Origin: Alphaproteobacteria bacterium
Lineage (GTDB): Bacteria > Pseudomonadota > Alphaproteobacteria > G963923945
Assembly: GCA_965199175.1 (NCBI GenBank)
Contig: OZ240684.1
Span: 1,058,337-1,122,336, forward strand
Direction of reading: 5' to 3'
Length of the DNA: 64,000 nucleotides
A program made the translations under genes and the position numbers. The notes beneath the pieces are model-generated. The model had not been told where the DNA came from, searched no databases, and saw only the letters and a list, made by a program, of their open reading frames with translations. Below are positions 17,641 to 26,537 of the stretch, piece by piece (positions within the stretch are counted from its first letter, which is position 1; each line of letters begins with the position of its first letter).

Positions 17641-19996
17641 ACGTCATAAAATCCGTGGCCAGGTTCAAGGGGTCGGGTTTCGGCCAACCGTTTGGCGGGT
17701 TGCGCGTGAACTTGGCTTAACCGGCAATGTTCGCAATACCGGTGACAGCGTGGAGGTGCTTCTATGGGGAAAAAACAGCGATAGTTTCGTCGATCAATTA
17801 CGCCTCCAACTCCCGCCTCTGGCCAAAATCGATGACTGGGAGCGTGCACCTGTGAGCGGACCAGCACCCGAAACCTTCTCGATTGAGGCATCTTTGTCCG
17901 ATCATGTAAAAACTTCCGTGACCCCGGATACCAATATATGCGCCGACTGCCTGGCAGAGATCCGTGACCCCTTTGAAAGACGCTACCGCTATCCATTCGC
18001 GAATTGCACCAATTGCGGACCACGATTTTCAATCATTGAGAGTGTTCCTTACGACCGGGACGGGACAACCATGCGGTCATTTGACCTTTGTCCCGATTGC
18101 GCGGTTGAATACCGGGACCCGGCTGATCGGCGATTTCACGCTCAACCGGTCGCTTGCCATGCTTGCGGACCGCGCGCCTGGTTGGAAAAACTTGGTGGCG
18201 GTACCGTCAATTCCGAATCTTTTTCGATGATGGATGATGTTGATGCTGCAGGTGGTGCATTGATGCGCGGATTCATCCTCGCCATCAAAGGTATTGGCGG
18301 ATTTCATCTGGCCTGTGACGCCACCAAGCCAGACGTCGTGAATGCTTTAAGAGAGCGCAAGAATCGAAAGGGCAAAGCGTTTGCGCTGATGGCCCGTGAT
18401 CTCGATGTTATCAGTCAATATGCGGCGGTATCAGATGAGGAAGCAGCCCTCCTGAGAGGACCCGAAGCACCGATTGTTCTTCTAAGGGCCCAGGGTAAAC
18501 CATTACCTGAGGCGATCGCGCCGGGCCTTGATCGACTCGGCTTTATGCTGCCTCACACGCCTCTGCATCATTTGCTGCTGAGCCGGATGAAACGCCCGGT
18601 AGTCATGACCTCGGGAAACCTGTCCGGACAACCGCAATGCACCCGGAATACCGATGCTCGTAGGCGTTTGACAGGAATCGCTGACTTCGCACTCATGCAT
18701 AACCGCACCATCGCAAACCGCATTGATGATAGTGTGGTTCGGGTCGATATGGGGCGAATGCGGATGTTACGGCGGGCTCGGGGTTATACACCCAAGGCAA
18801 TCCCTCTGCCCAAAGGCTTTTCCCAAAACCATAAGATTTTAGCTCTTGGTGCCGAACTCAAAAACGCTTTCAGCCTTGTCAAAGAGGGTCAGGCAATCCT
18901 CAGCCAACATATGGGAGATATGGAAGACTTCTCCACCCAGGCCGATATCGACCACACTCTTGCTCTCTATCAATCCTTGTATCGGTTTTCGCCGGATCTG
19001 ATCGCCGTTGACAGCCATCCGGAATATCTTTCGACCAAGCGCGGCTACGCAATGGCCCGGGACTTGCCCATCATTGAGGTACAGCATCATCATGCTCATA
19101 TCGCCAGCTGCCTGGTTGAAAATGGCTACGCCCTCAATGCACCGCCGGTATTGGGAATCGCTTTAGATGGTCTTGGTTTGGGTGATGATGGAACCTTTTG
19201 GGGCGGCGAATTTCTGATCGCTGATTACCAGGGGTACCAACGCGCTGGCTGTTTGAAACCGGTCGCTCTGCCAGGGGGCGATTCGGCTGTGCGCGAACCT
19301 TGGCGGAATGCCTATGCGCATCTGATGGCCGAAATGGGCTGGGCGGAATTTGAAATGAATTTTTCCGATCTCGAACTGTATCATAAGCTCAACGCCACAC
19401 CGCGCAAAACTCTTGATGCGATGATATTGTCGAATACCAATGCGCCGCTATCATCATCCTGTGGCCGCCTGTTCGATGCTGCGGCTACGATGATCGGTAT
19501 TGCCTGGGAGCGCCAAGACTATGAAGGCCAGGCAGCCATGCAGTTTGAAGCCATCCTGGATGTTGATGCGCTCAATGAACCTGATGACCATGCCTATCCA
19601 TTCGCGATCCCGCTGTTGGGTGGTGCCGGCCTGCCCTATATTGAGCCGCTGGCAGTATGGCGGGCAATGCTGGGTGATTTAATTTTGGGGACACCCGTCG
19701 GCGTTATGTCGGCCCGGTTTCATCGCGGTCTTGCCAAAGCCATTGCGGCAATGACAAACCGGATCACGTCGAAAACTGAAATTGATACAGTCGTCCTCAC
19801 CGGCGGTTGTTTCCAGAATGCCACTTTGTTCAGGCTGGTGAGCACATATTTAAAAGATATAGGCTTGACGCTTTTCAGCCATTCGAAAATCCCCGCCAAT
19901 GATGGGGGACTTGCTCTCGGCCAGGCCGCAATCGCTTTGGCCCTCAACTCAAAAGGAGACAACCATGTGCCTCGGGATACCCGGACAGATCATTGA
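17630..19996 (+). CDS. hypF: Carbamoyltransferase HypF
   Basis: Acylphosphatase N-terminus (VQGVGFRP), two Zn-finger CxxC pairs, YrdC and Kae1-like domains. Internal start at 17630; the ORF track extends to 17492. Confidence 0.9.
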   Translation: MPGERHKIRGQVQGVGFRPTVWRVARELGLTGNVRNTGDSVEVLLWGKNSDSFVDQLRLQLPPLAKIDDWERAPVSGPAPETFSIEASLSDHVKTSVTPDTNICADCLAEIRDPFERRYRYPFANCTNCGPRFSIIESVPYDRDGTTMRSFDLCPDCAVEYRDPADRRFHAQPVACHACGPRAWLEKLGGGTVNSESFSMMDDVDAAGGALMRGFILAIKGIGGFHLACDATKPDVVNALRERKNRKGKAFALMARDLDVISQYAAVSDEEAALLRGPEAPIVLLRAQGKPLPEAIAPGLDRLGFMLPHTPLHHLLLSRMKRPVVMTSGNLSGQPQCTRNTDARRRLTGIADFALMHNRTIANRIDDSVVRVDMGRMRMLRRARGYTPKAIPLPKGFSQNHKILALGAELKNAFSLVKEGQAILSQHMGDMEDFSTQADIDHTLALYQSLYRFSPDLIAVDSHPEYLSTKRGYAMARDLPIIEVQHHHAHIASCLVENGYALNAPPVLGIALDGLGLGDDGTFWGGEFLIADYQGYQRAGCLKPVALPGGDSAVREPWRNAYAHLMAEMGWAEFEMNFSDLELYHKLNATPRKTLDAMILSNTNAPLSSSCGRLFDAAATMIGIAWERQDYEGQAAMQFEAILDVDALNEPDDHAYPFAIPLLGGAGLPYIEPLAVWRAMLGDLILGTPVGVMSARFHRGLAKAIAAMTNRITSKTEIDTVVLTGGCFQNATLFRLVSTYLKDIGLTLFSHSKIPANDGGLALGQAAIALALNSKGDNHVPRDTRTDH

Positions 19997-20258
19997 AATC
20001 TCTGATCCAGCCAAGAAACTCGCGCTGGTGGACGTATCTGGCGTTCGCCGTGAAGTGAATGTTGCCTGCATCGCCGAAAATAATCCGATTGACGACCTGA
20101 TTGGTGCCTGGGCGTTGATCCATGTCGGGTTTGCGATGTCTCGCATCAATGAGGAGGAAGCCGCCAAGACTCTGGAAGTCCTCAGGATGCTGGGCGAAGC
20201 GCAAGAAGAAATCGAAGCGATGCGCCAAAGCCAGCAGATGCTGGAGCAGACATCATGA
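19965..20258 (+). CDS. hypC: Hydrogenase maturation factor HypC
   Basis: N-terminal MCLGIPGQI signature; 97 aa. Confidence 0.85.
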   Translation: MCLGIPGQIIEISDPAKKLALVDVSGVRREVNVACIAENNPIDDLIGAWALIHVGFAMSRINEEEAAKTLEVLRMLGEAQEEIEAMRQSQQMLEQTS

Positions 20259-21394
20259 AATATGCCGACGAGTTCCGTGATCCCGTTGCGGCCAGAGGCG
20301 TCCTGGCAGCCATCGAAAACGTTGTCACCGAGCTGGGTGCAACAGCCGAGAAACCGATCCATATTATGGAGATTTGCGGCGGCCACACCCATGCAATCTT
20401 CCGTTATGGACTCGATAAACTGACGCCGCCGGGGCTGGAATTCATTCATGGTCCTGGATGCCCGGTTTGCGTACTTCCGATGCGTCGGGTCGATGAATGC
20501 GTCGAACTGGCTGAGCAGCATCAGGTCATTTTTACAACATTCGGTGACGCGATGCGGGTTCCGGGAACTCGAAAATCACTGATGCAAGCCAAGGCGGAGG
20601 GATGTGACATCCGCATGGTCTACTCGCCTCTGGATGCCCTTGAATTGGCCCGCCGCCATCGGGACCGGGAAGTCGTTTTCTTTGGTCTTGGGTTTGAGAC
20701 AACCACTCCATCAACCGCATTATCAATCCAGCAAGCGGCTTGTGAAAAGCTGGAGAATTTCACAATCTTCTGCAACCATGTGACGGTTCCACCGCCAATT
20801 AAGGCTTTGTTGGATGACCCACATATGATCCTCGACGGGTTTGTCGGTCCGGGCCATGTATCAATGGTGATCGGTGTCAGACCGTATGATTTTATTGCCC
20901 AGGAATACGGTAAACCGATTGTCGTAGCCGGGTTTGAGCCGCTGGATTTGTTGCAGTCAGTCTTGATGGTTTTAGAACAAATCCGTGATGGACGGGCTGA
21001 GGTCGAAAATCAATATTCCAGAGTGGTTCCAGATGAGGGCAACCCGGTCTCTGTCGCTGCTTGCGAAGATGTTTATGAACGTCGTGAAAGTTTTGAATGG
21101 CGGGGTTTGGGAGAGATTGACTTCTCTGGCCTGAAAATTCGCAAAAAATATGCGGCTTTTGACGCTGAGCGAAAATTCGCTATCGGCTATGGAACCAATC
21201 GCCAACCGACCAGGGAACCCGAAGGGTGCGCTTGCGGCGACGTGATGACGGGCCGGATTAAACCTCGGCAATGCCCACAGTTTGGCGGCGGCTGTACGCC
21301 GGAAACGCCTTTGGGTGCATTGATGGTTTCATCTGAAGGGGCGTGTGCGGCCTATTACCAATATGGTGGTGCTCAATTGGAAACCACGCAATGA
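20255..21394 (+). CDS. hypD: Hydrogenase maturation factor HypD
   Basis: Motifs CGGHTH, GPGCPVC and FETT; 379 aa. Confidence 0.9.
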   Translation: MKYADEFRDPVAARGVLAAIENVVTELGATAEKPIHIMEICGGHTHAIFRYGLDKLTPPGLEFIHGPGCPVCVLPMRRVDECVELAEQHQVIFTTFGDAMRVPGTRKSLMQAKAEGCDIRMVYSPLDALELARRHRDREVVFFGLGFETTTPSTALSIQQAACEKLENFTIFCNHVTVPPPIKALLDDPHMILDGFVGPGHVSMVIGVRPYDFIAQEYGKPIVVAGFEPLDLLQSVLMVLEQIRDGRAEVENQYSRVVPDEGNPVSVAACEDVYERRESFEWRGLGEIDFSGLKIRKKYAAFDAERKFAIGYGTNRQPTREPEGCACGDVMTGRIKPRQCPQFGGGCTPETPLGALMVSSEGACAAYYQYGGAQLETTQ

Positions 21395-22434
21395 CAACGC
21401 TTGCGCCATCGCGACGGCTCCGGGCCGATACGGTGACACTGGCTCACGGCGGTGGCGGTAAGGCAATGCGGGATCTTATCACGGATGTCTTCCTGTCTGT
21501 CTTCACGCCCACTGATCTGGAGGATCAAGCCCGCCTGCAATCAGATGCCCTGACCGAAACCGGAACCCAGCTGGCGTTCACGACCGATGGATTCGTTGTC
21601 GACCCCATTGAATTTCCGGGTGGAGATATCGGCAGAATTGCCGTCTGCGGAACAGTTAATGATCTGGCTGTCGGCGGTGCCCGTCCCCTCTGGCTGTCGG
21701 CCGGCTTTATTATTGAGGAGGGATGCGACGTCGCCTTGCTGCGCCGCATTGCCCACTCAATGCAGACGGCGGCGACAGAAGCAGATGTACGTATTGTCAC
21801 AGGTGACACCAAGGTGGTCGGAAAAGGATCGGCGGATGGCGTTTTCGTAACCACCTCCGGCATTGGCGTTATTTCTCCGGGTCGGTCTCTGAGTGCCGCC
21901 AATATACGGCCAGGGGATATCGCCATCGTCAATGGCGTTCTCGGTGATCATGGTGCTGCTATTCTGGCCGCACGCGGTGACATGGCTCTGTCTGCGACAA
22001 TCAAAAGCGATTGCCAACCACTGGCCGCGCTCATGAATGCGGTGCTTGAAGCCGCTCCCGGGGTCCGCGCAGCCAGAGATGCTACACGAGGCGGACTTGC
22101 TTCGGCGTTGAACGAAATTGCCGAGGCGGCAGGCTACGGCATAGAAATCGACGAAACTGATTTGCCTTTGAGGACTGAAGTTAAAGGGGTTTGCGAAATT
22201 CTTGGGTTGGATCCACTTTATCTGGCTAATGAGGGGACTCTAGTTCTATTCGTTCCGCCTGAACAAGAAGATGCCGCACTGGCTGCAATGCACAGTCTAC
22301 CGGCTGGTCGGCACGCTGTCTCTATTGGACACGTCGTTCAGTCCCATCCCGGTGTCGTTGTTATGCGTACAACATTTGGAAGTGCGCGTATCATTGACAT
22401 GCTGGTCGGTGAGCAACTGCCTAGAATCTGCTGA
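21391..22434 (+). CDS. hypE: Carbamoyl dehydratase HypE
   Basis: AIR-synthase-like fold. The ATG overlaps the hypD stop. Confidence 0.9.
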   Translation: MTTLAPSRRLRADTVTLAHGGGGKAMRDLITDVFLSVFTPTDLEDQARLQSDALTETGTQLAFTTDGFVVDPIEFPGGDIGRIAVCGTVNDLAVGGARPLWLSAGFIIEEGCDVALLRRIAHSMQTAATEADVRIVTGDTKVVGKGSADGVFVTTSGIGVISPGRSLSAANIRPGDIAIVNGVLGDHGAAILAARGDMALSATIKSDCQPLAALMNAVLEAAPGVRAARDATRGGLASALNEIAEAAGYGIEIDETDLPLRTEVKGVCEILGLDPLYLANEGTLVLFVPPEQEDAALAAMHSLPAGRHAVSIGHVVQSHPGVVVMRTTFGSARIIDMLVGEQLPRIC

Positions 22435-22441
22435 GATATAT

Positions 22442-23158
22442 ATGATTAGCTTTCTGTTTCTCGGATTTCTCATTGGTATGAGCCATGCAGTTGAGGCTGA
22501 TCACCTGGCCGCAATTGGGGCTTTGGCTGCTCGTGAAGCTGGCGGGAGACGATCCCTGGTCTTGAGGGGTGTTGCTTGGGGGATGGGTCATACAATCACC
22601 CTGTTTGCTTTGTGTTTTCTGGTTCTGATCTTCGGAATCGCCATCACCGACGAAGCAGCAGCAGCACTGGAATTCGGGGTTGGAGTCATGTTGGTGCTTC
22701 TGGGGTCTGATGTATTGTGGCGGATATATAAAAGACGTATTCATTTCCATCCGCACACCCATGATGGTGGTCAGCTGCATTTGCATGCGCATTCTCACCC
22801 TAAAACCGATACTCCTCATGAGGTTGATCACCACCACCATACCCATTCCGGTTTTTCACTTAAGGCCATGATGGTTGGCCTCATGCATGGAGCAGCTGGC
22901 GCGGCAGCACTTCTCGCGCTCGCTGTCGCCACCGCCAAAGATCCACTGGTCGCGCTGGCCTATACACTTGTCTTCGGGGTGGGATCCATCATTGGTATGG
23001 CACTGTTATCATTCGTTGCTGCGTGGCCGCTTCAAAGTGTCGAAGGACACGCCCATTTCATCTATCGGTTCTTGATAGCACTGGCTGGATGTGCCGCCAT
23101 TTTTATTGGCATTGATAGTATGTTCAATACCGGTGCGCTTGCATGGAGAGTGTTCTGA
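22442..23158 (+). CDS. Nickel transporter-like membrane protein (HupE/UreJ-NicO superfamily) with His-rich loop
   Basis: Multiple TM helices; the HAVEADH motif; loop HFHPHTHDGGQLHLHAHSHPKTDTPHEVDHHHHTHSGF. Confidence 0.65.
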   Translation: MISFLFLGFLIGMSHAVEADHLAAIGALAAREAGGRRSLVLRGVAWGMGHTITLFALCFLVLIFGIAITDEAAAALEFGVGVMLVLLGSDVLWRIYKRRIHFHPHTHDGGQLHLHAHSHPKTDTPHEVDHHHHTHSGFSLKAMMVGLMHGAAGAAALLALAVATAKDPLVALAYTLVFGVGSIIGMALLSFVAAWPLQSVEGHAHFIYRFLIALAGCAAIFIGIDSMFNTGALAWRVF

Positions 23159-23400
23159 TGCATGAACTTGGCCTCAGCAGAAATATTGTCGCCATCGTTT
23201 CGGAGCATGCGGCAGGTCGGCGGGTCAAACGCGTACGGATCGCCATTGGTCCGCTTGCATGCGTTGAACGCGCTGCCTTGGCGTTTTGCTGGCGTTTAGT
23301 CGTGGAAGGAACCGATCTTGCCATCGCCGAATTGGTCTTCATTGAAGCCGAAGGCGATACTTTTCTGATTAAAGACTACGAACTGGAGGAGGCAGCTTGA
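23158..23400 (+). CDS. hypA: HypA-like nickel metallochaperone, N-terminal domain only (zinc-finger module absent)
   Basis: Starts with the MHE Ni-binding motif (MHELGLS). At 80 aa it ends before the expected CxxC...CxxC motifs, and hypB starts immediately after. Confidence 0.6.
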   Translation: MHELGLSRNIVAIVSEHAAGRRVKRVRIAIGPLACVERAALAFCWRLVVEGTDLAIAELVFIEAEGDTFLIKDYELEEAA

Positions 23401-24215
23401 TGTGCGGAACATGCGGATGTTCAGATCCTAAGAATGACGTAGCTTTAATTGATCCTGAAACCGGAGAGAAAATGATTATGCGCCAGGGCAGTATTCTTGG
23501 ACAGGATCATCCGTCTCACAGCCATGGCGGTGATGATCCTCCGCATATCCATGGCCCGGACGGTGAGACTGTCAGTCTTGAGACAGCTGTGCTCGCTAAA
23601 AATGAAGCCATTGCGGCGCGTAATCGCGATTGGTTCGAGAGTAATAGCGTATTGGCGTTGAATCTTGTCAGTTCGCCGGGAGCCGGAAAAACAACCCTTC
23701 TTGAACGCACAATCAGGGAATTAAACCCTACTGTTGAGATTGCCGTGATCGAAGGTGATCAAATGACGACAAACGACGCCTATCGTATCCGGGCCGCCGG
23801 AGCCAAGGCAATCCAGATCAATACCGGGGCCGGATGTCATCTCGAAGCGGATATGATTGCGCAAGCGGTTACCCGTCTTGATCTTGCTCCCGGGGCTATT
23901 TTGATGATTGAAAATGTCGGGAATCTGGTTTGTCCAGCGATGTTTGATCTTGGAGAACATATGAAGGTCGCTGTTGTTTCGACAACTGAGGGCGAAGATA
24001 AACCACTGAAATACCCCCATATGTTCCGCGTTTGTGATCTTGTTGTGATCAACAAGATTGACCTGGTGCCTCATGTCGATTTCGATGAGACGCTGTGTCG
24101 GGACAATATTGCAAAAGTCAATCCGCACTCAAAGATCATATCCTTATCAAGTAAATCCGGGCATGGTTTTACGGCATGGACAGATTGGCTGGGAAGACAA
24201 CAACGCCCAGATTAG
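23400..24215 (+). CDS. hypB: Hydrogenase nickel incorporation GTPase HypB
   Basis: N-terminal MCGTCGC high-affinity Ni site, His-rich stretch, P-loop GSPGAGKTT, and ENVGNLVCP. Confidence 0.9.
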   Translation: MCGTCGCSDPKNDVALIDPETGEKMIMRQGSILGQDHPSHSHGGDDPPHIHGPDGETVSLETAVLAKNEAIAARNRDWFESNSVLALNLVSSPGAGKTTLLERTIRELNPTVEIAVIEGDQMTTNDAYRIRAAGAKAIQINTGAGCHLEADMIAQAVTRLDLAPGAILMIENVGNLVCPAMFDLGEHMKVAVVSTTEGEDKPLKYPHMFRVCDLVVINKIDLVPHVDFDETLCRDNIAKVNPHSKIISLSSKSGHGFTAWTDWLGRQQRPD

Positions 24216-25075
24216 ATGATGGTCGGGTCATATTCGGGAAAATGGAACGCTCTCAACACTGTCTGATCGAGACAATATCTCGGACTTGCAGGCCCCGGTG
24301 TTACAACAGAATGCGCAGGGCGACCACAGCGTTAGGATCATGGGCTTGTATATCATCAAATTCCCGTCCAGGTGCCATCAATTCATCATCTGTCAAGTAA
24401 TGAGCCGTAAAGTCAGTTTTGCCTCACCGCAGAACCCGGCAGAGATTGGAGTCTGGATGCCGCAGCCCAAGAATCTCGGCGATGATAACGCCGCCAGTGC
24501 CCCGTTGGCCGCTCCGGGATGGATGATGGCGATCTTGCCATGCCCGTTGCGGATATCCTTGGCAGGAAGGTCATTGATCAGGTAGTCTCGGAAAGTCAGC
24601 ACCCGCACGGTACGTACTGGCCCGCATTGATGGCTTCCAGCACGGTGCGCAATCGGTTAGGAATATTGGTGCGAACATCTGTATGGTTGGGATCGTTGCC
24701 TATGATGCGCCAGTTTGAGCCTCAATAGTGATTGTGCGCGCTGCATATTGGGCGTCTTCGAGGGTCAGGACATCCAATAGGCCGGGCATCTGTTTGATGA
24801 CTGAGCCACCCCAGCACCGATGTATGATTCATGTTTTGGTTTGTTCGTGCATAGCTCCAGACCCAGCCTGCCACTATCCCGCAGGCAAGCCTTGCGCCTT
24901 TGGGTCGGTATCAAAGCGCAAGACACGTATTTGCGCGATTTTTATTCGGCATTTTCCAATTTCTCCCATGCGTTTGGGGTACCAATAATCCGCCATCAAC
25001 CTGACCGGGGAATATCCGGGACAGGCTGGGTGACATTGTTCACGTTGGAAATTGGAAGGATTAAAACTATGCGTT
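24216..25075. pseudogene. Degenerate region with frameshifted gene fragments on both strands
   Basis: Only short ORFs that overlap one another in several frames. The minus-strand reading is broken across frames (NIPNRLRTVLEAINAGQYV..., then GKIAIIHPGAANGALAA...). No RBS-anchored intact gene. Confidence 0.3.
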
Positions 25076-25190
25076 CAATCACTGTGCAGGCTTTAAATCA
25101 TTGATACAGATCTATTTTTGTCACATAGCAACGGGAGTAGCATGTCGCCATTTTTTGAATATCTTGCGGCGACAATTCCCCATACCTGAA
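25076..25190 (+). repeat. Copy B of the ~125-bp direct repeat flanking the hydrogenase island
   Basis: See copy A at 7460-7590. Confidence 0.8.
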
Positions 25191-25331
25191 GTATCATTGA
25201 CATTTCAGGGTAGAATAACCGGATATTTGTTGGGTTTTTTTCTATCATCCTGCTAAATAAGGCTCTCTTTTTGTTTTTATTGATCCTTCTTATCTTTATT
25301 GATCCTTTTTGATTTCTTGTTCTTTTTGATA

Positions 25332-26390
25332 ATGTCTGTTTCTCTCAATGTCGCTGTTCTTGGAGCTGGTGGCTATACCGGTGGCGAAATTTTACGTCTT
25401 TTGCTGGCTCATCCCCAAATTCGCATCACGACCCTGACCGCAAAAAGCAAAGCCGGACATTCTGTTGCGAATATTCACCCTCATCTGAGTTCCGTAAACT
25501 GGCCGGTTCTCTGCCGTCTTGAGGACGCTGATTTTTCCTCAGTCGACTGTGTTTTTTGTTGTTTGCCCCATGCAGCCAGCCAGGAAACAGTTGCCTCCTT
25601 ACCTGAACATGTGCGGGTTATTGATCTTTCGGCTGATTTTCGTCTACGCGACCCGGCACTCTATCAATCCTGGTATGGTCGCGATCATACCGCCCGCCAT
25701 CTTCTGGATGATGCCATCTATGGTTTATCGGAATGGAGTCGTCATCGCTTGCCAACAGCACAGCTGGTTGCCAATCCTGGCTGCTATGCAACCGCTATTC
25801 TCCTGGCTCTGCGCCCCCTGATTGCCCATGGACTGATTGATCATCAGGGAATCACGATTGCGGCTGCTTCGGGAGTCTCGGGAGCCGGACGGGAAGCCAG
25901 GGAAGATTTACTCCTCAGCCAGGCCGGTGAATCCATAAAAGCATACGCATTAGGTGGTCATCGTCATGTTGCCGAAATTGAACAGGAACTCAATGCCGTC
26001 GATCCCAATAGGGATAAAACGGCCGCATCCCCGATCACATTCATCCCCCATCTGGCTCCCATGACCCGGGGTATTCTGGCCACCACCGTTGCCACAATGA
26101 CAGATGGACAAGATGTTGCTGATTTACGTACAGCCCTGACACAGGCTTATCAGGAATCGGCTTTTGTCCATATTCTGCCTGATGGTCATTTCCCGGCCAC
26201 CAAGGACGTCCGGGGGAGCAATTCCTGTCATATCGGCCTGGCCCAAGACCGAACCCCGAAGAGAGTCATTCTCCTTTCGGCCATTGACAATCTGGTGAAA
26301 GGTGCGGCGGGTCAAGCCATTCAGAATATGAATCTGATGTTTGGTTTCCCGGAAACAACCGGCCTTCCAATCGCTGGCCTTTCGCCTTAA
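25332..26390 (+). CDS. argC: N-acetyl-gamma-glutamyl-phosphate reductase
   Basis: NAD-binding VAVLGAGGYTGGE and the active-site Cys region NPGCYAT. Confidence 0.9.
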   Translation: MSVSLNVAVLGAGGYTGGEILRLLLAHPQIRITTLTAKSKAGHSVANIHPHLSSVNWPVLCRLEDADFSSVDCVFCCLPHAASQETVASLPEHVRVIDLSADFRLRDPALYQSWYGRDHTARHLLDDAIYGLSEWSRHRLPTAQLVANPGCYATAILLALRPLIAHGLIDHQGITIAAASGVSGAGREAREDLLLSQAGESIKAYALGGHRHVAEIEQELNAVDPNRDKTAASPITFIPHLAPMTRGILATTVATMTDGQDVADLRTALTQAYQESAFVHILPDGHFPATKDVRGSNSCHIGLAQDRTPKRVILLSAIDNLVKGAAGQAIQNMNLMFGFPETTGLPIAGLSP

Positions 26391-26537
26391 TATTATTCTG
26401 TTATCGAATCGCGTACGAGACTCAACAACCGCACCATGATCTCTCATCAATAAAGTAAGGAGAAAATAAAGTAAGGAGAAAATCAGTCGCCTGTTTCTGT
26501 ATTCTGTTCCGACACACAGAAAAATGGGAGTCACTCA

